Shown here one piece after another: positions 34,107-46,717 of a stretch of 64,000 nt of DNA (position 1 is its first letter; the number at the start of each line of letters is the position of its first letter). This stretch comes from Gammaproteobacteria bacterium. Lineage in GTDB: Bacteria > Pseudomonadota > Gammaproteobacteria > JABABF01. The position numbers and the translations under genes are program-made. The notes under the pieces were generated by a model. It saw only the letters and a program-made list of their open reading frames with translations. It ran no database searches and was not told where the DNA came from. The stretch covers positions 704,001-768,000 of the forward strand of contig OZ250153.1 of the NCBI GenBank assembly GCA_965237805.1, in the 5' to 3' direction.

Positions 34107-34478
34107 TCATCTGGGGCGCTTGGCACCGTACTTGGAGCGCCGCTGGCGACGGCCTTCAACACCGCTGGCATCGAAGGCACCGCGCACGGTGTGATAACGC
34201 ACACCAGGCAAATCTTTCACACGCCCACCGCGGATCAAAATGATGCTGTGCTCCTGCAAACTGTGCCCTTCCCCGCCGATGTAGGCGGTGACTTCAAAAC
34301 CGTTAGTCAGGCGCACGCGGCACACCTTGCGTAAGGCCGAGTTCGGTTTTTTCGGTGTCGTGGTGTAGACGCGCGTGCAGACACCGCGGCGCTGTGGGCA
34401 ACCGCGCAGTGCGGGCACATTGCTCTTGTTGCGCTTGCGCTTGCGCGGTTTGCGCACCAGTTGATTGACGCGAGCCAT
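34107..34478 (-). CDS. rpsL: 30S ribosomal protein S12
   Basis: [24 protein letters not shown]. Confidence 0.98.
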   Translation of the reverse strand: MARVNQLVRKPRKRKRNKSNVPALRGCPQRRGVCTRVYTTTPKKPNSALRKVCRVRLTNGFEVTAYIGGEGHSLQEHSIILIRGGRVKDLPGVRYHTVRGAFDASGVEGRRQRRSKYGAKRPR

Positions 34479-34502
34479 AATCTTTAGTCCAAGAATGTCA
34501 TA

Positions 34503-34531
34503 ATTTTAACTCAGCTGGGTAACCCTGTCAG
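34503..34531 (-). promoter_or_regulatory. str operon promoter
   Basis: CTGACA-17 bp-TAAAAT; the -35 overlaps the rpoC stop codon. Confidence 0.65.
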
Positions 34532-37500
34532 GCCAGCACTGCGTCGCCCTCGCCAGCCGCCGCATCGGCGACGGCTTCCGCCTCGTCTGGTGCCGGCGAA
34601 TCGGCAGCCATCGAGGCTTCCTCTGCACTCTGCAAAGCATGGGTGCGTTTTTGCATCAGCAAGCCAGTGCCACTGGGAATCAAGCGACCGACGATGACAT
34701 TCTCTTTGAGGCCTCGCATATAATCACGCTTACCAGCCACCGCCGCAGCGGTCAGCACCCGCGTTGTCTCTTGGAAAGATGCCGCTGAAATGAAGCTCTC
34801 GGTGGCCAACGCCGCCTTGGTCAAACCCAACAACTGGCGGTGCAAAATCGCCGGGTTGTGGTCGCGGTCGATCAAGTCACGGTTGACCTCCAGCGCCTCT
34901 TGGTATTCCACTTGCTCCCCTTTGGTATATGAGGAATCACCCGGATCGGCCACCTCTGCCTTGCGCAACATCTGGCGGATGATGACCTCAATGTGCTTGT
35001 CGTTGATCTTCACCCCCTGTAGCCGGTAGACCTCTTGGATTTCCGACACTAGATAATGCGCCAGTGCCTGTAGCCCCTGCACCCGCAGAATATCGTGCGG
35101 GCTCATCGAGCCGTCAGACACGACATCGCCACGCTCGACCCGTTCCCCTTCAAACACCGTCAGCCGCCGCCATTTTGGCACCAACATCTCCTCCACCTTG
35201 GCAGCAGCTGCGTCCGGATCCGCCTCCGTATCAACATCCGGCTCGATGTTGAGTCGGATTCGGGTCGCTGTCTCGCGCCCCAAGCTGATCGTGCCGGAAA
35301 TCTCAGCCAAGATCGCTGGTTCCGGCGGACGGCGCGCCTCGAACAGATCGACGACGCGCGGCAAGCCACCGGTAATGTCGCTGGCCTTCGACGCTTCCTG
35401 CGGGATGCGGGCGATGACATCGCCGCGGACAACCTCGCTGCCATCGTCTAGCGTCAGCGAAGCGTGGGGCGGCAATGGGTAAGTCGACAACTCACTGCCA
35501 TCCTCTTGACGCAGGCGGATGGTGGGGATCAAATCGCGTCCGGCATCGGGTCGCTCCAAGGTGTCCAGCACCACGATGCTCGACAGGCCGGTCAGGTCAT
35601 CCAACTGGCGACGCACCGTAATACCGTCCTCCATGTGGATCAGCTCGACACGCCCCGCCTCCTCGGCAAGGATCGGGCGGGTGTGTGAATCCCATGAGGC
35701 GACGACCTCGCCAGCCTTGACCTCGCCGTGATCGGCAACGGTCATCACCGTGCCGTGCGGCAGCTTGTAGCGCTCGCGCTCGACACCATCCTCGTCGAGT
35801 ACCGACATCTTGGCAGAGCGGGACAGCACCACATGGCGGTCAGCACGTTGCTTGACCACGCGAGCGTTGTGCAGCTGCACCGTGCCACTGTGTCCAACTT
35901 GAATCGAATTTGCTACGATGGAGCGTGCGGCGGCACCGCCGACATGGAAAGTGCGCATCGTCAGCTGGGTGCCCGGCTCGCCGATGGACTGAGCCGCCAC
36001 AATGCCGACTGAATTGCCTAAATTGACCAGCTGGCCGCGCCCCAAATCGCGACCGTAGCACATCGCGCAGATACCGTAACGCGACTCGCAAGCGATCGGC
36101 GAACGCACGCACACCGACTCGACCCGCAAGCTCTCCAACTGGCTCACCCACTCTTCATCCAGCAAACTTCCCTTGGGCACCAAGACGGCGCCATCGGGGC
36201 CGTGAATGTCCGCTGCTGTGACGCGACCGAGCACCCGCTCGCCAAGTGTCTCGAGCACCTCGCCACCCTCGATCACCGACGTCGCGTCGTGCCCGTCTTC
36301 GGTTCCGCAATCCTCGGTAGTGATCACAACATCCTGTGCAACATCGACCAAGCGGCGAGTCAGATAGCCGGAATTAGCCGTCTTCAATGCAGTGTCGGCT
36401 AAACCCTTGCGGGCACCGTGTGTCGAGATGAAATACTGCAGCACCGACAAGCCCTCGCGGAAATTGGCAGTGATCGGCGTCTCGATGATGGCACCATCAG
36501 GTTTGGCCATCAAACCGCGCATGCCAGCCAGCTGGCTGATCTGCCGCGGGTTACCTCGGGCACCGGAGTCCGCATACATGAACACCGCATTGAAAGAGGG
36601 TTGTTCGCTTTCCTCACCGTTGCGATCCACAACGATTTCGCTACTCAGGGCATCCATCATCGACTTGGCCACTTGGTCGGTGGCATCAGACCACACATCG
36701 ACTGCCTTGTTATAGCGTTCCTTCTCGGTCAAAACCCCAGCTTGATAGCGCTCGGCAATACGCTTGACCTCCAGCTCGGCCTCCGCAACCAAACGCGCCT
36801 TGGACTCAGGCACAACAAAATCATCGCAGCAGATCGAGGCGCCGGATCGGGTCGAAAAATCAAATCCCATGTACATCAAGCGATCGGCAAAAATCGCCGT
36901 CTCTTTCGGCCCGGCGAGACGATAACTCTGGTCGACCAGCTGTGATATGGAACCCTTGGTCAACACTTGGTTGACCAGATCGAAGGACAGCCCGCGAGGG
37001 ACAATGCGCCATAACAAGGCTCGCCCCACCGTGGAGCGCACCGTGAGCCGACGTGCTGGCGGCGTGTCGGCGGGCAGTTCCAAGCCGTCGGGGCTGGGAT
37101 CCCACTCGTCGATCCGCACGCGGACGCGGGCGTGTAACCCGACCTGCTCGGTGGCATAGGCGCGGTTCAGCTCATCGGCATCGGCGAAGACCATTCCTTC
37201 GCCGCGGTCATTACGACGCTCACGCGTCATGTAATAGAGCCCGAGCACGACATCCTGCGTCGGCACAATCACTGGCTGGCCATTGGTCGGCGAGAGCATG
37301 TTATTGCTGGACAACATCAGCACTCGCGATTCCAGCTGCGCCTCCAGCGTCAACGGCACATGCACCGCCATCTGGTCGCCATCGAAGTCGGCGTTGAAAG
37401 CCGCGCAGACTAGGGGGTGCAGCTGAATTGCCTTGCCCTCGATCAACAACGGCTCAAAGGCTTGGATGCCTAGGCGGTGCAAGGTCGGTGCCCGATTGAG

Positions 37501-38763
37501 CAACACCGGATGCTCGTGGATGACATTGGCCAGTGCGTCCCACACCTCCGGCAGTTCGCGCTCGACCATCTTCTTGGCAGTTTTGATCGTCACTTCCGAG
37601 TCACGTTGCATCAGATAGCCGTAGACGAAAGGCTTGAACAATTCCAAAGCCATATGCTTGGGCAGACCACACTGGTGCAAGCGCAATGTTGGCCCGACAA
37701 CGATCACCGAACGCCCCGAATAGTCCACCCGTTTGCCGAGCAGGTTCTGACGAAAACGCCCCTGCTTTCCCTTGATCATATCCGCCAAGGATTTGAGCGG
37801 GCGGCGGCTGGTGCTGGAGATGGCGCGCCCGCGGCGACCGTTGTCGAGCAAGGCGTCAACCGACTCCTGCAACATACGCTTTTCGTTGCAGACAATGATG
37901 TCCGGCGCGTGTAACTCCAGCAGGCGCCGCAGACGATTGTTGCGGTTGATCACACGGCGATAGAGATCGTTGAGATCCGAAGAGGCAAAGCGCCCACCCT
38001 CAAGCGCCACCAACGGGCGCAGGTCAGCTGGCAACACCGGCAGCGTGGTGAGGATCATCCACTCGGGTTTGTTGCCCGATTGGATAAAGGTCTCGATCAG
38101 GCGCAGACGCTTGGTCGCTTTCTTGCCCTTGGCAACCGATCGCGTGGCCGCAATCTCCTCGCGCAGAAGGATGGTCTCAGCTTCCAAGTCGATACTGCGC
38201 AACAGATCTTGGATACCTTCTGCACCCATTTTGGCGGTGAAGTCATCACCGTATTCGTTGATCGCATTGGAATAGTCCTCCCCGCGCAGGATGGCACCCC
38301 GCTCCAGCCCGGTGATGCCAGGATCGACAACGACATGAGCCTCGAAATACAGCACATCCTCAATATCGCGCAACTTCATGTCGAGCAAGGTGCCGATGCT
38401 GGACGGCAACACCTTGAGGAACCAGATATGTGCCACTGGACAGGCTAGCTCGATATGCCCCATGCGGCTACGACGCTCGCTACTGCGCGTGATATCGACA
38501 CCACATTTTTCACAACGCTGGCCACGATATTTCTCGCGACGATATTTTCCGCACAGACATTCGTAATCTTTAATCGGACCAAAAATTTTGGCGCAGAACA
38601 AGCCGTCCCTCTCGGGGCGCAAGGTGCGGTAGTTAGTCGTCTCTGGCTTGCGCACTTCGCCATAGGACCACGATCGGATCTTCTCCGGTGAGGCAAGGCT
38701 GATATGCACCGCATCGAATTCGGAATCTTTTTTACGGCGCTGTGCGCGCACCATGTGTTCCAC
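34528..38763 (-). CDS. rpoC: RNA polymerase beta' subunit
   Basis: Zn finger, NADFDGD, bridge helix, [13 protein letters not shown]. Confidence 0.98.
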   Translation of the reverse strand: MEHMVRAQRRKKDSEFDAVHISLASPEKIRSWSYGEVRKPETTNYRTLRPERDGLFCAKIFGPIKDYECLCGKYRREKYRGQRCEKCGVDITRSSERRSRMGHIELACPVAHIWFLKVLPSSIGTLLDMKLRDIEDVLYFEAHVVVDPGITGLERGAILRGEDYSNAINEYGDDFTAKMGAEGIQDLLRSIDLEAETILLREEIAATRSVAKGKKATKRLRLIETFIQSGNKPEWMILTTLPVLPADLRPLVALEGGRFASSDLNDLYRRVINRNNRLRRLLELHAPDIIVCNEKRMLQESVDALLDNGRRGRAISSTSRRPLKSLADMIKGKQGRFRQNLLGKRVDYSGRSVIVVGPTLRLHQCGLPKHMALELFKPFVYGYLMQRDSEVTIKTAKKMVERELPEVWDALANVIHEHPVLLNRAPTLHRLGIQAFEPLLIEGKAIQLHPLVCAAFNADFDGDQMAVHVPLTLEAQLESRVLMLSSNNMLSPTNGQPVIVPTQDVVLGLYYMTRERRNDRGEGMVFADADELNRAYATEQVGLHARVRVRIDEWDPSPDGLELPADTPPARRLTVRSTVGRALLWRIVPRGLSFDLVNQVLTKGSISQLVDQSYRLAGPKETAIFADRLMYMGFDFSTRSGASICCDDFVVPESKARLVAEAELEVKRIAERYQAGVLTEKERYNKAVDVWSDATDQVAKSMMDALSSEIVVDRNGEESEQPSFNAVFMYADSGARGNPRQISQLAGMRGLMAKPDGAIIETPITANFREGLSVLQYFISTHGARKGLADTALKTANSGYLTRRLVDVAQDVVITTEDCGTEDGHDATSVIEGGEVLETLGERVLGRVTAADIHGPDGAVLVPKGSLLDEEWVSQLESLRVESVCVRSPIACESRYGICAMCYGRDLGRGQLVNLGNSVGIVAAQSIGEPGTQLTMRTFHVGGAAARSIVANSIQVGHSGTVQLHNARVVKQRADRHVVLSRSAKMSVLDEDGVERERYKLPHGTVMTVADHGEVKAGEVVASWDSHTRPILAEEAGRVELIHMEDGITVRRQLDDLTGLSSIVVLDTLERPDAGRDLIPTIRLRQEDGSELSTYPLPPHASLTLDDGSEVVRGDVIARIPQEASKASDITGGLPRVVDLFEARRPPEPAILAEISGTISLGRETATRIRLNIEPDVDTEADPDAAAAKVEEMLVPKWRRLTVFEGERVERGDVVSDGSMSPHDILRVQGLQALAHYLVSEIQEVYRLQGVKINDKHIEVIIRQMLRKAEVADPGDSSYTKGEQVEYQEALEVNRDLIDRDHNPAILHRQLLGLTKAALATESFISAASFQETTRVLTAAAVAGKRDYMRGLKENVIVGRLIPSGTGLLMQKRTHALQSAEEASMAADSPAPDEAEAVADAAAGEGDAVLA

Positions 38764-38768
38764 TTTAA

Positions 38769-41700
38769 CTATCTCTCCTCTTCCAGTTTGTGTTCTAGTT
38801 CGATGTTGATGCCGAGTGCGCGGATTTCGCGCATCAGCACATTAAAAGACTCCGGCATCTCAACACTCATCCGCTGATCGCCCTCGATGATGTTTTTATA
38901 CATACGACTACGGCCACTGACATCGTCCGATTTCGCCGTCAAGATTTCCTGCAATGTATAGGAAGCACCGTAGGCTTCAAGCGCCCACACCTCCATCTCG
39001 CCGAAGCGCTGACCACCAAACTGCGCCTTGCCGCCCAGTGGTTGCTGGGTAACCAAACCATAGGAGCCAGTGGAACGGGCATGCATCTTATCGTCCACCA
39101 AGTGATTCAACTTCAACATGTACATATAGCCGACCGTAATCGGGCGATCATAGGCAGTACCAGTGCGACCGTCGTAGAGCGTCATCTGACCGTTTTCCGG
39201 CTGCCCTGCCATGCGCAACAGGCGCTTAATTTCGTCCTCTCTGACACCATCGAATACTGGCGATGCAACCAAGACACCTCGTTTCAAGCGCTGAGCCAAC
39301 AGCTGCAATTCGGTATCGTCGAGCTCGTCGACGGCAACCGATCGTCCCTCGGTCACAGCAAAAATTTCAGCAAGGAAAGCGCGCAATCGTGCCACCGAAG
39401 CCTGTTCATCAAGCAACTGGTTGATGCGATCCCCCAGCCCTTTGACGGCCAAACCCAGATGTGCTTCCAACACCTGCCCCACATTCATCCTTGAGGGCAC
39501 CCCAAGCGGGTTCAACACAATGTCAACTGGCTCGCCACGCTCATCGTACGGCATGTCCTCAACTGGCATCGTCGCGGAAACCACACCCTTGTTGCCGTGT
39601 CGTCCAGCCATCTTGTCACCGGGCTGGATACGCCGACGCACTGCCAAAAACACCTTGACCACTTTGAGCACGCCGACCGGAAAGTCGCCTTTGCGCGCGG
39701 CCTGTTTTTTTTCTTCGAGGTAATCGTCGAGCCGCTTGCGATAATTTTGCAGTTGCCGATCCACCGCTTCCAATTGGTCGTTGATCTTGGAATTCCGAAA
39801 ACATAACTTAAACCATTCCGTATGCGCCAAACCATCCAATAAACCGGCAGTCAACTTGGTGCCCGCCTTGATGCCAGCACCGCTGGCCACCGTGCGCCCC
39901 ATCAGCAGCTTGCGCAAGCGGCGGTAAGTGGCTTCTTCGACAATATGCCATTCTTGTTCTTGATCTTGCTTGACTTGATCCAGACGCGCCTCTTCGAGCG
40001 CGAGCGTGCGCTCGTCTTTTTCTTCGGAGGAATGCGTGAATATCTGAACATCGATTACCGTGCCGTAAACACCAGATGGCACGCGCAAGGACGAATCTTT
40101 GACTTCAGCAGCTTTCTCACCAAAGATCGCCCGCAACAATTTTTCTTCCGGGGTCAGCAAGGTCTCACCCTTGGGCGTCACCTTGCCAACCAAAATGTCG
40201 CCCGGTTTGACGCGCGCACCGATATAGACAATGCCAAATTCATCGAGATGAGCCCGTGCTACCTCACTGACATTCGGGATATCTGCAGTGATTTCCTCTG
40301 GACCAAACTTCAGGCCACGTGCCGTGCAGACATGATCTTGTATGTGGATCGAGGTGAAACGATCCTCCCGCACGACGCGCTCGGACACCAAAATGGAATC
40401 CTCAAAGTTGTAGCCGTGCCAAGGCATGAAGGCGACACGTATGTTTTGTCCCAAAGCCAATTCACCGATTTCGGTCGCCGGACCGTCGGCGAGTATGTCG
40501 CCGCGCGCGATACGATCGCCAGTCGTGACAATCGGTCGCTGATTGATCGCTGTGTTCTGGTTAGAACGCGTGTATTTGACCAGCGTATAAATATCGACCA
40601 CTGGCGCATCTTCTTCGATTTCTTCTTCATCGACACGCACAACAATGCGGCTCGCATCGGCACTGTGGACCACGCCGCCACGACGCGCCGTCACGCAGAC
40701 CCCGGCATCGCGTGCCACATGGCGTTCAATACCGGTACCGACCAACGGCGCTTCGGGATGGGCAAGCGGCGAAGCTTGGCGCTGCATATTCGATCCCATC
40801 AACGCGCGGTTGGCATCATCGTGCTCGAGAAATGGAATCAGCGCTGCGGCAATGGACACCACTTGCTGGGGCGACACATCCATGTAATTAATGCGGTCAG
40901 GCGGCATCACCGAGAATTCGTTACGGTGGCGCACAGCCACCATATCGTCTTGAAAGCGCCCTTCCGCATCGAGCACAGCCGATGCTTGAGCAATCACATA
41001 GTCGCCTTCCTCGATGGCCGACAGCCGTTCAATCTCATTGGTGACACAACCATCGACCACTTTGCGATAACAAGCCTCGATAAAGCCATAGCGATTGATT
41101 TGTGCATAGACAGTTAGCGAATTGATCAAGCCAATACTCGGCCCTTCCGGTGTCTCGATCGGACAGAGGCGTCCGTAGTGTGTCGGATGCACATCGCGCA
41201 CTTCAAAGCCAGCGCGCTCGCGAGTCATCCCACCGGGGCCGAGCGCCGACACACGGCGCTTGTGCGTGACTTCTGCCAACGGGTTGTTCTGATCCATGAA
41301 CTGGGACAGCTTGCTGGATCCAAAAAACTCTTGCATGGCACCGGTAACCGGCTTGGCATTGACCAAATCCGGCGGCCCCAGATTCTCGCTGTCGGCATGG
41401 GTGAGGCGCTCGCGCACGACGCGCTCTATACGCACCAAACCGACACGGAATTGGTTTTCCGCCATCTCACCGACAGAGCGCACCCGCCGGTTGCCCAAGT
41501 GGTCGATATCGTCCACCTCGCCGTGTCCGTTGCGGATGCTAACCAGCGTGCGGATGACATCGATGATGTCCTCCTTCTCCAAGATCAACGATCCTTCGGC
41601 ACCGGCGCGCCCGAGACGACGGTTGAATTTCATGCGCCCGACTTCGGACAGATCATAGCGCTCAGAATTGAAAAACAAATTCTTCAGCAGGTTATCGGCT

Positions 41701-42896
41701 ACCGCTGGCGTCGGCAGCTCACCGGGGCGCATGATGCGATAGAGTTCAACTTGGGCGCTGATCTTATCTTCCGCCGTGCCGATGCGCAAAGTATCGGAAA
41801 TGAAAGCCCCACAATCCAAGTCATTGGTATAGATCGTTTCGATCGGGTCGATGCCATTGCCTGCCAAGCGGCGCAACAGATCACCAGTTGGATCGGCATC
41901 ATCGCCCGCCGCTGGGCGCACGAGTTGGGTGTTACATAGCGCGATGATCTCGCCAGTTTCGGTGTCGATAATGTCGCGCTTGAGAGAGCGGCCATAGAGG
42001 TGATTCACCGACACCTCCAGCTGATCGACACCTGCCTCTTGCATCAGACGCACATGACGCGGTGTGATGCGACGCCCCGCTTCCACCAAGACCTCGCCCT
42101 TAGCATTGAGCACGGGCTCCGGCAAAGTCTGACCACGCAGGCGCGTCGGCACCAATTCCATGCGATAACGCTGGCCCGGCTCCACCACCCAGAAACGCTC
42201 TGTCTCAAAGAACAGATCGAGTATCTGCTCGGCACTGTACCCAATCGCGCGTAGTAGCGTCGTCACTGGCAGCTTGCGGCGACGGTCGATTCGCGCATAG
42301 AGCAAATCCTTGAGATCAAATTCGAAATCGAGCCACGAACCGCGGTAGGGAATGATGCGTGCGGTGTACAACAGCTTCTTGCCAGAAGCGTGCGTCTTGC
42401 CTTTGTCGTGGTCGAAAATGACGCCTGGCGAGCGGTGCAATTGCGAGACGACGACCCGCTCGGTGCCATTGATGACAAAAGCGCCTTGCTCGGTCATCAG
42501 TGGAATTTCGCCAAGGTAGACCTCGCCCTCGCGCACTTCGCGCGGCACACGACGACTGCCGCCGCCACGATAAATCAGCAAGCGCAATTTGACATGCAAT
42601 GGTGCCGAGTAGATCTTGTCACGCAGTTTGCTCTCCTCGACATCGAAAGAGGGCGTGCCGAGTGAGTAGCTGACATAGTCGAGTATGGTGTTCCCATTAT
42701 GGCTCTCAATCGGGAAAATAGAGCGGAACACTGCTTCCAAACCGGTGTTGAGTCGCTCCTCATGGGGCACATCGGCCTGCAAGAACGCTCGGTATGAATC
42801 GAGCTGCAGCGCCAGCAGATTTGGTGGTTCAACCACATGAGGCAGGCGACCAAAGTCGAGGCGCAGACGTTTTTTATCAGTGTAGGAATAGGCCAT
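38769..42896 (-). CDS. rpoB: RNA polymerase beta subunit
   Basis: [38 protein letters not shown]. Confidence 0.98.
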   Translation of the reverse strand: MAYSYTDKKRLRLDFGRLPHVVEPPNLLALQLDSYRAFLQADVPHEERLNTGLEAVFRSIFPIESHNGNTILDYVSYSLGTPSFDVEESKLRDKIYSAPLHVKLRLLIYRGGGSRRVPREVREGEVYLGEIPLMTEQGAFVINGTERVVVSQLHRSPGVIFDHDKGKTHASGKKLLYTARIIPYRGSWLDFEFDLKDLLYARIDRRRKLPVTTLLRAIGYSAEQILDLFFETERFWVVEPGQRYRMELVPTRLRGQTLPEPVLNAKGEVLVEAGRRITPRHVRLMQEAGVDQLEVSVNHLYGRSLKRDIIDTETGEIIALCNTQLVRPAAGDDADPTGDLLRRLAGNGIDPIETIYTNDLDCGAFISDTLRIGTAEDKISAQVELYRIMRPGELPTPAVADNLLKNLFFNSERYDLSEVGRMKFNRRLGRAGAEGSLILEKEDIIDVIRTLVSIRNGHGEVDDIDHLGNRRVRSVGEMAENQFRVGLVRIERVVRERLTHADSENLGPPDLVNAKPVTGAMQEFFGSSKLSQFMDQNNPLAEVTHKRRVSALGPGGMTRERAGFEVRDVHPTHYGRLCPIETPEGPSIGLINSLTVYAQINRYGFIEACYRKVVDGCVTNEIERLSAIEEGDYVIAQASAVLDAEGRFQDDMVAVRHRNEFSVMPPDRINYMDVSPQQVVSIAAALIPFLEHDDANRALMGSNMQRQASPLAHPEAPLVGTGIERHVARDAGVCVTARRGGVVHSADASRIVVRVDEEEIEEDAPVVDIYTLVKYTRSNQNTAINQRPIVTTGDRIARGDILADGPATEIGELALGQNIRVAFMPWHGYNFEDSILVSERVVREDRFTSIHIQDHVCTARGLKFGPEEITADIPNVSEVARAHLDEFGIVYIGARVKPGDILVGKVTPKGETLLTPEEKLLRAIFGEKAAEVKDSSLRVPSGVYGTVIDVQIFTHSSEEKDERTLALEEARLDQVKQDQEQEWHIVEEATYRRLRKLLMGRTVASGAGIKAGTKLTAGLLDGLAHTEWFKLCFRNSKINDQLEAVDRQLQNYRKRLDDYLEEKKQAARKGDFPVGVLKVVKVFLAVRRRIQPGDKMAGRHGNKGVVSATMPVEDMPYDERGEPVDIVLNPLGVPSRMNVGQVLEAHLGLAVKGLGDRINQLLDEQASVARLRAFLAEIFAVTEGRSVAVDELDDTELQLLAQRLKRGVLVASPVFDGVREDEIKRLLRMAGQPENGQMTLYDGRTGTAYDRPITVGYMYMLKLNHLVDDKMHARSTGSYGLVTQQPLGGKAQFGGQRFGEMEVWALEAYGASYTLQEILTAKSDDVSGRSRMYKNIIEGDQRMSVEMPESFNVLMREIRALGINIELEHKLEEER

Positions 42897-42953
42897 TTGA
42901 CTCAACCAGTGCAGGTGATGGGTGGAACAGGGAATGAACGCAAAGCGGCCAAA

Positions 42954-43325
42954 TTAGGCCACCCCCGCCACCGCTCCAGCCTCCTGCAACTGCTTGAGCC
43001 CATCGTCAGCATCCTCTTTGCTGAGCCCTTCTTTGACAGTCGCTGGTGCGCTCTCGACCAACTCCTTGCCCTCTCTGAGCCCCAGCCCAGTCAGCGCACG
43101 CACCACTTTGATAACTTGCACTTTTTTCTCACCATATTCCTTGAGCACCAAATCGAATTCTGTTTGCTCGGCAACCGCTTCCTCGGCAGAAGCCGCTGGC
43201 CCCGCCATGACAGGTGCGGCGGCACTGACACCAAATTTCTCTTCAATCGCATCGATCAGTTCGACCAATTCCATCACACTCATCTCGGCAACCGTGTTCA
43301 GAATGTCATCTTTTTTGCTCATCAT
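42954..43325 (-). CDS. rplL: 50S ribosomal protein L7/L12
   Basis: [29 protein letters not shown]. Confidence 0.96.
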   Translation of the reverse strand: MMSKKDDILNTVAEMSVMELVELIDAIEEKFGVSAAAPVMAGPAASAEEAVAEQTEFDLVLKEYGEKKVQVIKVVRALTGLGLREGKELVESAPATVKEGLSKEDADDGLKQLQEAGAVAGVA

Positions 43326-43401
43326 CTAGCTCCTTGCTGGGGGTGTTTTTTGCCACTCGGCTATGTCGATTGTGGGAAGGCAAGCACCAAAATGCCAATG
43401 C

Positions 43402-43956
43402 CTAAGTAGCGCCATCCGAGGGCGACGCCTGTTGCTGTTCCCGTTGCTCGCGCAACGCGGACAGCGTGTAGACCAATTTTTGCAAGCTGCCACGCAGCGT
43501 GCCGTGTAAGCGTGCCAGCGGCCACTGCAACAGCCCCAGCAAGCGCGCCAGCGCCTGCTCGCGTGTCGGCAGATCAGCAAGCACATCGAGCTGACTACCG
43601 TGCAGCAGCTGCCCGTCCACCACCAGTGCGCGCACATGAAAGGGAGCGTGATCCTTGGCAAAATCACGAAACAAGCGGGCGCAGACACCGGGATCGTCAT
43701 AGGAAAAACCAAACAGGCTCGGCCCGCACAGAGTCTCAGTGACGCAGGAAAAATGTGTCCCCTCTACAGCGCGCAACGCCAAGCGGTTTTTGACAACCCG
43801 CAACGTCGCTCCACCAGCACGTGCCGCACGCCGCAGCTCGGTGATATCAGCCACCGACACGCCGCTGAGATCGGCAATGGCGAGCGAGCTGGCACCCTCA
43901 CCTAGTTCGCGCAGGGCGCTCACTGCCACCTTTTTCTGATCCAGATTCATCACCAT
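43402..43956 (-). CDS. rplJ: 50S ribosomal protein L10
   Basis: TELRR, VVKNRLA, LADLPTREQAL. Confidence 0.93.
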   Translation of the reverse strand: MVMNLDQKKVAVSALRELGEGASSLAIADLSGVSVADITELRRAARAGGATLRVVKNRLALRAVEGTHFSCVTETLCGPSLFGFSYDDPGVCARLFRDFAKDHAPFHVRALVVDGQLLHGSQLDVLADLPTREQALARLLGLLQWPLARLHGTLRGSLQKLVYTLSALREQREQQQASPSDGAT

Positions 43957-43989
43957 GGTGCGCTCTCCTCCAGCCGTCGGCCGCAGCCC

Positions 43990-44700
43990 TCAGGCCTGAG
44001 CCTCCAGATCAGCCATATCCACTGCCACACTCGGCCCCATCGTCGTCGACAAGCTCACTCGCCGCAGATAATGACCCTTGGCGGCGACCGGTCGCAGACG
44101 CCGCACATCCGCCAACAGCGCCAACAAGTTCTCGCTCAACGCCTCGACGGTAAAACTGCGCCGCCCGATGCAACCGTGCACAATGCCGCCGCGCTCAGCG
44201 CGGAAACGCAGCTGGCCTTTGCGGGCATCGCGCACCGCATCGCCAACTTGAGCGGTCACCGTCCCCTGCTTGGGGCTGGGCATCAGTCCCCTAGGTCCCA
44301 AAATTTGCCCCAACTTGCCCACCAAGGGCATCGCCGATGGCTGCGCGATCACCACATCGAAGTCCATCTCGCCGCCGCGAATGCTCTCAGCCAAGTCATC
44401 CATCCCGACGATTTGTGCGCCCTCGCTACGCGCCTCATCTGCCGCTACACCCTCGGCGAACACGGCCACCCGCGTCTCCTTGCCAGAGCCGTGCGGCAAG
44501 CTGGTCGCCCCGCGCAGCTGCTGCTCGCCTTGGCGGGTATCGAGACCGAGCTTAAGAGCGACATCGACCGACTCGTCAAAAGCACTGGGGCGCGACGCCA
44601 GCAATCTGCGCAGCGCATCGGACAAGGGCAGCGGCTCACTGCCTGCTGGCAGCTGCTCACGGTTCTCGCACACCCGGCGAGAAGCTTTGGCCATCGTCAT
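43990..44700 (-). CDS. rplA: 50S ribosomal protein L1
   Basis: [31 protein letters not shown]. Confidence 0.96.
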   Translation of the reverse strand: MTMAKASRRVCENREQLPAGSEPLPLSDALRRLLASRPSAFDESVDVALKLGLDTRQGEQQLRGATSLPHGSGKETRVAVFAEGVAADEARSEGAQIVGMDDLAESIRGGEMDFDVVIAQPSAMPLVGKLGQILGPRGLMPSPKQGTVTAQVGDAVRDARKGQLRFRAERGGIVHGCIGRRSFTVEALSENLLALLADVRRLRPVAAKGHYLRRVSLSTTMGPSVAVDMADLEAQA

Positions 44701-45152
44701 ATCCCCTCGACTTCGATGCCGATACTACGGGCGCTACCGGCCAGCGTGCGCAGAGCCGCTTCGAGATCCGACGCCGTTAAATCCGGCATCTTTTGCCCGG
44801 CGATCTGCTCCAATTGTGCGCGGTTCACTTTGCCAACCTTGGTCTTATTCGGTGTGCCGCTACCCTTTGCAATACCCGCCGCCTTGCGCAACAACACCGA
44901 CGCTGGCGGCTGGCGCGTGATGAAGTCGAAGCTGCGGTCAGCGTAGACCGAGATGACGACCGGTACCAGCAGGCCAGCCTCCAGATGCTGCGTCGCCGCA
45001 TTGAACAACTTACAGAAATCCATAATGTTGAGGCCGTGCTGCCCTAGGGCCGGGCCGACGGGCGGGCTCGGATTCGCCTGCCCAGCAGGCACCTGTAACT
45101 TGATGAAGGCCGACGCTTCGCGTATCGACTTAGCAGCGCCCGGCTTAGCCAT
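44697..45152 (-). CDS. rplK: 50S ribosomal protein L11
   Basis: [30 protein letters not shown]. Confidence 0.97.
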   Translation of the reverse strand: MAKPGAAKSIREASAFIKLQVPAGQANPSPPVGPALGQHGLNIMDFCKLFNAATQHLEAGLLVPVVISVYADRSFDFITRQPPASVLLRKAAGIAKGSGTPNKTKVGKVNRAQLEQIAGQKMPDLTASDLEAALRTLAGSARSIGIEVEGI

Positions 45153-45239
45153 GATGAGCACCGCCTCCACGCAACACCACAAGGCGACCGATGCCATCGC
45201 CACGCACGCCTATGAACCATCCATGTCCCAGCGCGAACA

Positions 45240-45899
45240 TCAGGCTTTCTCCACTTGGACAAACTCCAAGTCGACCGGTGTCGAGCGCCCAAAAATCATC
45301 ACGGAGATCTTCAGGCGACTCTTCTCGTAGTTGACTTCCTCGACGGTGCCATTGAAATCGTGGAATGGCCCATCGACCACCCGCACCATTTCGCCGGGCT
45401 CAAACAGTGTCTGCGGATAAGGCGTGTCGCTGCTAGCCCGGTCGATGCGTTGCATCAGGCGATCAGTCTCTGCCTCGGACAGCGGGATTGGCGCGGCGAG
45501 TTGATCCGGATCGGCACCACGACGGCGATGGCCGCCGATGAAGCCGATGACTCGAGGCGTCGAGCCGATCAAGTGCCACACTTCGGGGGACAACTGCTGA
45601 TGTTCCTCGTCGATGGCGATCTGCACCAACAGGTACCCCGGGAAAAATTTGCGCTGGCTACGGCGTTGCTGGCCGCCACGCATCTCAACCACCTCTTCAA
45701 CCGGCATCAGGATTTCTCCAAAATAGAGACGCAAGCTCGGATCGGCCAGCTCGATACGCTCGCGCAGAGCCAACTCGGCGTTCTTCTCGTGCCCAGAATA
45801 GACCTGCACCACGAACCAACGCCAACTGCTACCAGCAGGCGCGCTCTGTGCTTTGGGGTCACCCGCTAGCACTGTTGTCTCGGCTGTCTCAGCCATCAT
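45240..45899 (-). CDS. nusG: Transcription factor NusG
   Basis: [20 protein letters not shown] domain VVDGPF...IFGRSTPV. Confidence 0.96.
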   Translation of the reverse strand: MMAETAETTVLAGDPKAQSAPAGSSWRWFVVQVYSGHEKNAELALRERIELADPSLRLYFGEILMPVEEVVEMRGGQQRRSQRKFFPGYLLVQIAIDEEHQQLSPEVWHLIGSTPRVIGFIGGHRRRGADPDQLAAPIPLSEAETDRLMQRIDRASSDTPYPQTLFEPGEMVRVVDGPFHDFNGTVEEVNYEKSRLKISVMIFGRSTPVDLEFVQVEKA

Positions 45900-45931
45900 C
45901 TCCACGCCACCAATCGCATCAACACTAACAA

Positions 45932-46546
45932 TCAACCAATCCAATTCGCCACAACCCAACCCAAGGCCGCATCCAAGCCCCAGAGGATCAGCGCTACCAG
46001 CAATACAAAGGCCAGCACCAAGAGCGTCGTCTGTATCACCTCGGTGCGCGTCGGCCAAACCACCTTGCGCAACTCGAGGCGGGATTCGCGCAATAGCTGA
46101 CTGAAGGCGATGCCACCCGTGGTGCCCAGCGCCAGCGGAGCTGCCAGCACGCCGACAGCGACCATGCCCAACATCCGGTAGAGCAAGCTGGCTTCACCAA
46201 AATAAAAGTTGGCAACAATACCTGCGAGCACCAGCAAACCCACACCGATCCAGCGTAGGCCATCACGGGTCTGGCGAGCGGCCAGCGCGGCTTGGCGCGT
46301 CTCCCGCTTGCGGCGGGGCTGCGTCTCCCCCACTGCCACACCAGTACTGTTGCCAGCACCGGCCTCAAGCGCAGCTTGATCCACCGATGGATCGGCAGCT
46401 GCAAGCCCAGTGTCCTCCGGCCACGCTAAGGCCGTATTGCCGTGCGACGCACCGCGCTGCGCACGTTGACGCGCTTTGGCCTTACCACGCGGCTTGGCGC
46501 TGCTCGAACGAGTCGATTTCTTTTTCTTTTTGGCTTTAGCCGACAT
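45932..46546 (-). CDS. secE: SecE (three-TM type) with a long N-terminal extension
   Basis: [14 protein letters not shown]; lies between tRNA-Trp and nusG; start uncertain. Confidence 0.9.
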   Translation of the reverse strand: MSAKAKKKKKSTRSSSAKPRGKAKARQRAQRGASHGNTALAWPEDTGLAAADPSVDQAALEAGAGNSTGVAVGETQPRRKRETRQAALAARQTRDGLRWIGVGLLVLAGIVANFYFGEASLLYRMLGMVAVGVLAAPLALGTTGGIAFSQLLRESRLELRKVVWPTRTEVIQTTLLVLAFVLLVALILWGLDAALGWVVANWIG

Positions 46547-46602
46547 GCGCTGTCATATCCGCGTTGCGACCCAAGAAGACCACCACCCCACCGCTGGCCG
46601 GG

Positions 46603-46675
46603 CAGGCCAGGAGGGACTTGAACCCCCAACCGGCGGTTTTGGAGACCGCTGCTCTACCAATTGAGCTACTGGCCT
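46603..46675 (-). tRNA. tRNA-Trp(CCA); 3' end reads CCC instead of CCA
   Basis: AGGCCAGTAGCTCAATTGGTAGAGCAGCGGTCTCCAAAACCGCC...GTTCAAGTCC...CTGGCCTG. Confidence 0.95.
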
Positions 46676-46717
46676 TGAACGAATCCGAGGCCACGCTGGC
46701 AGTGTATCCAAGCAATC

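Noticed and set aside
34107-34478. Streptomycin-resistance alleles in rpsL
   Set aside because: Both key lysines (TPKKP, RVKDL) are wild type
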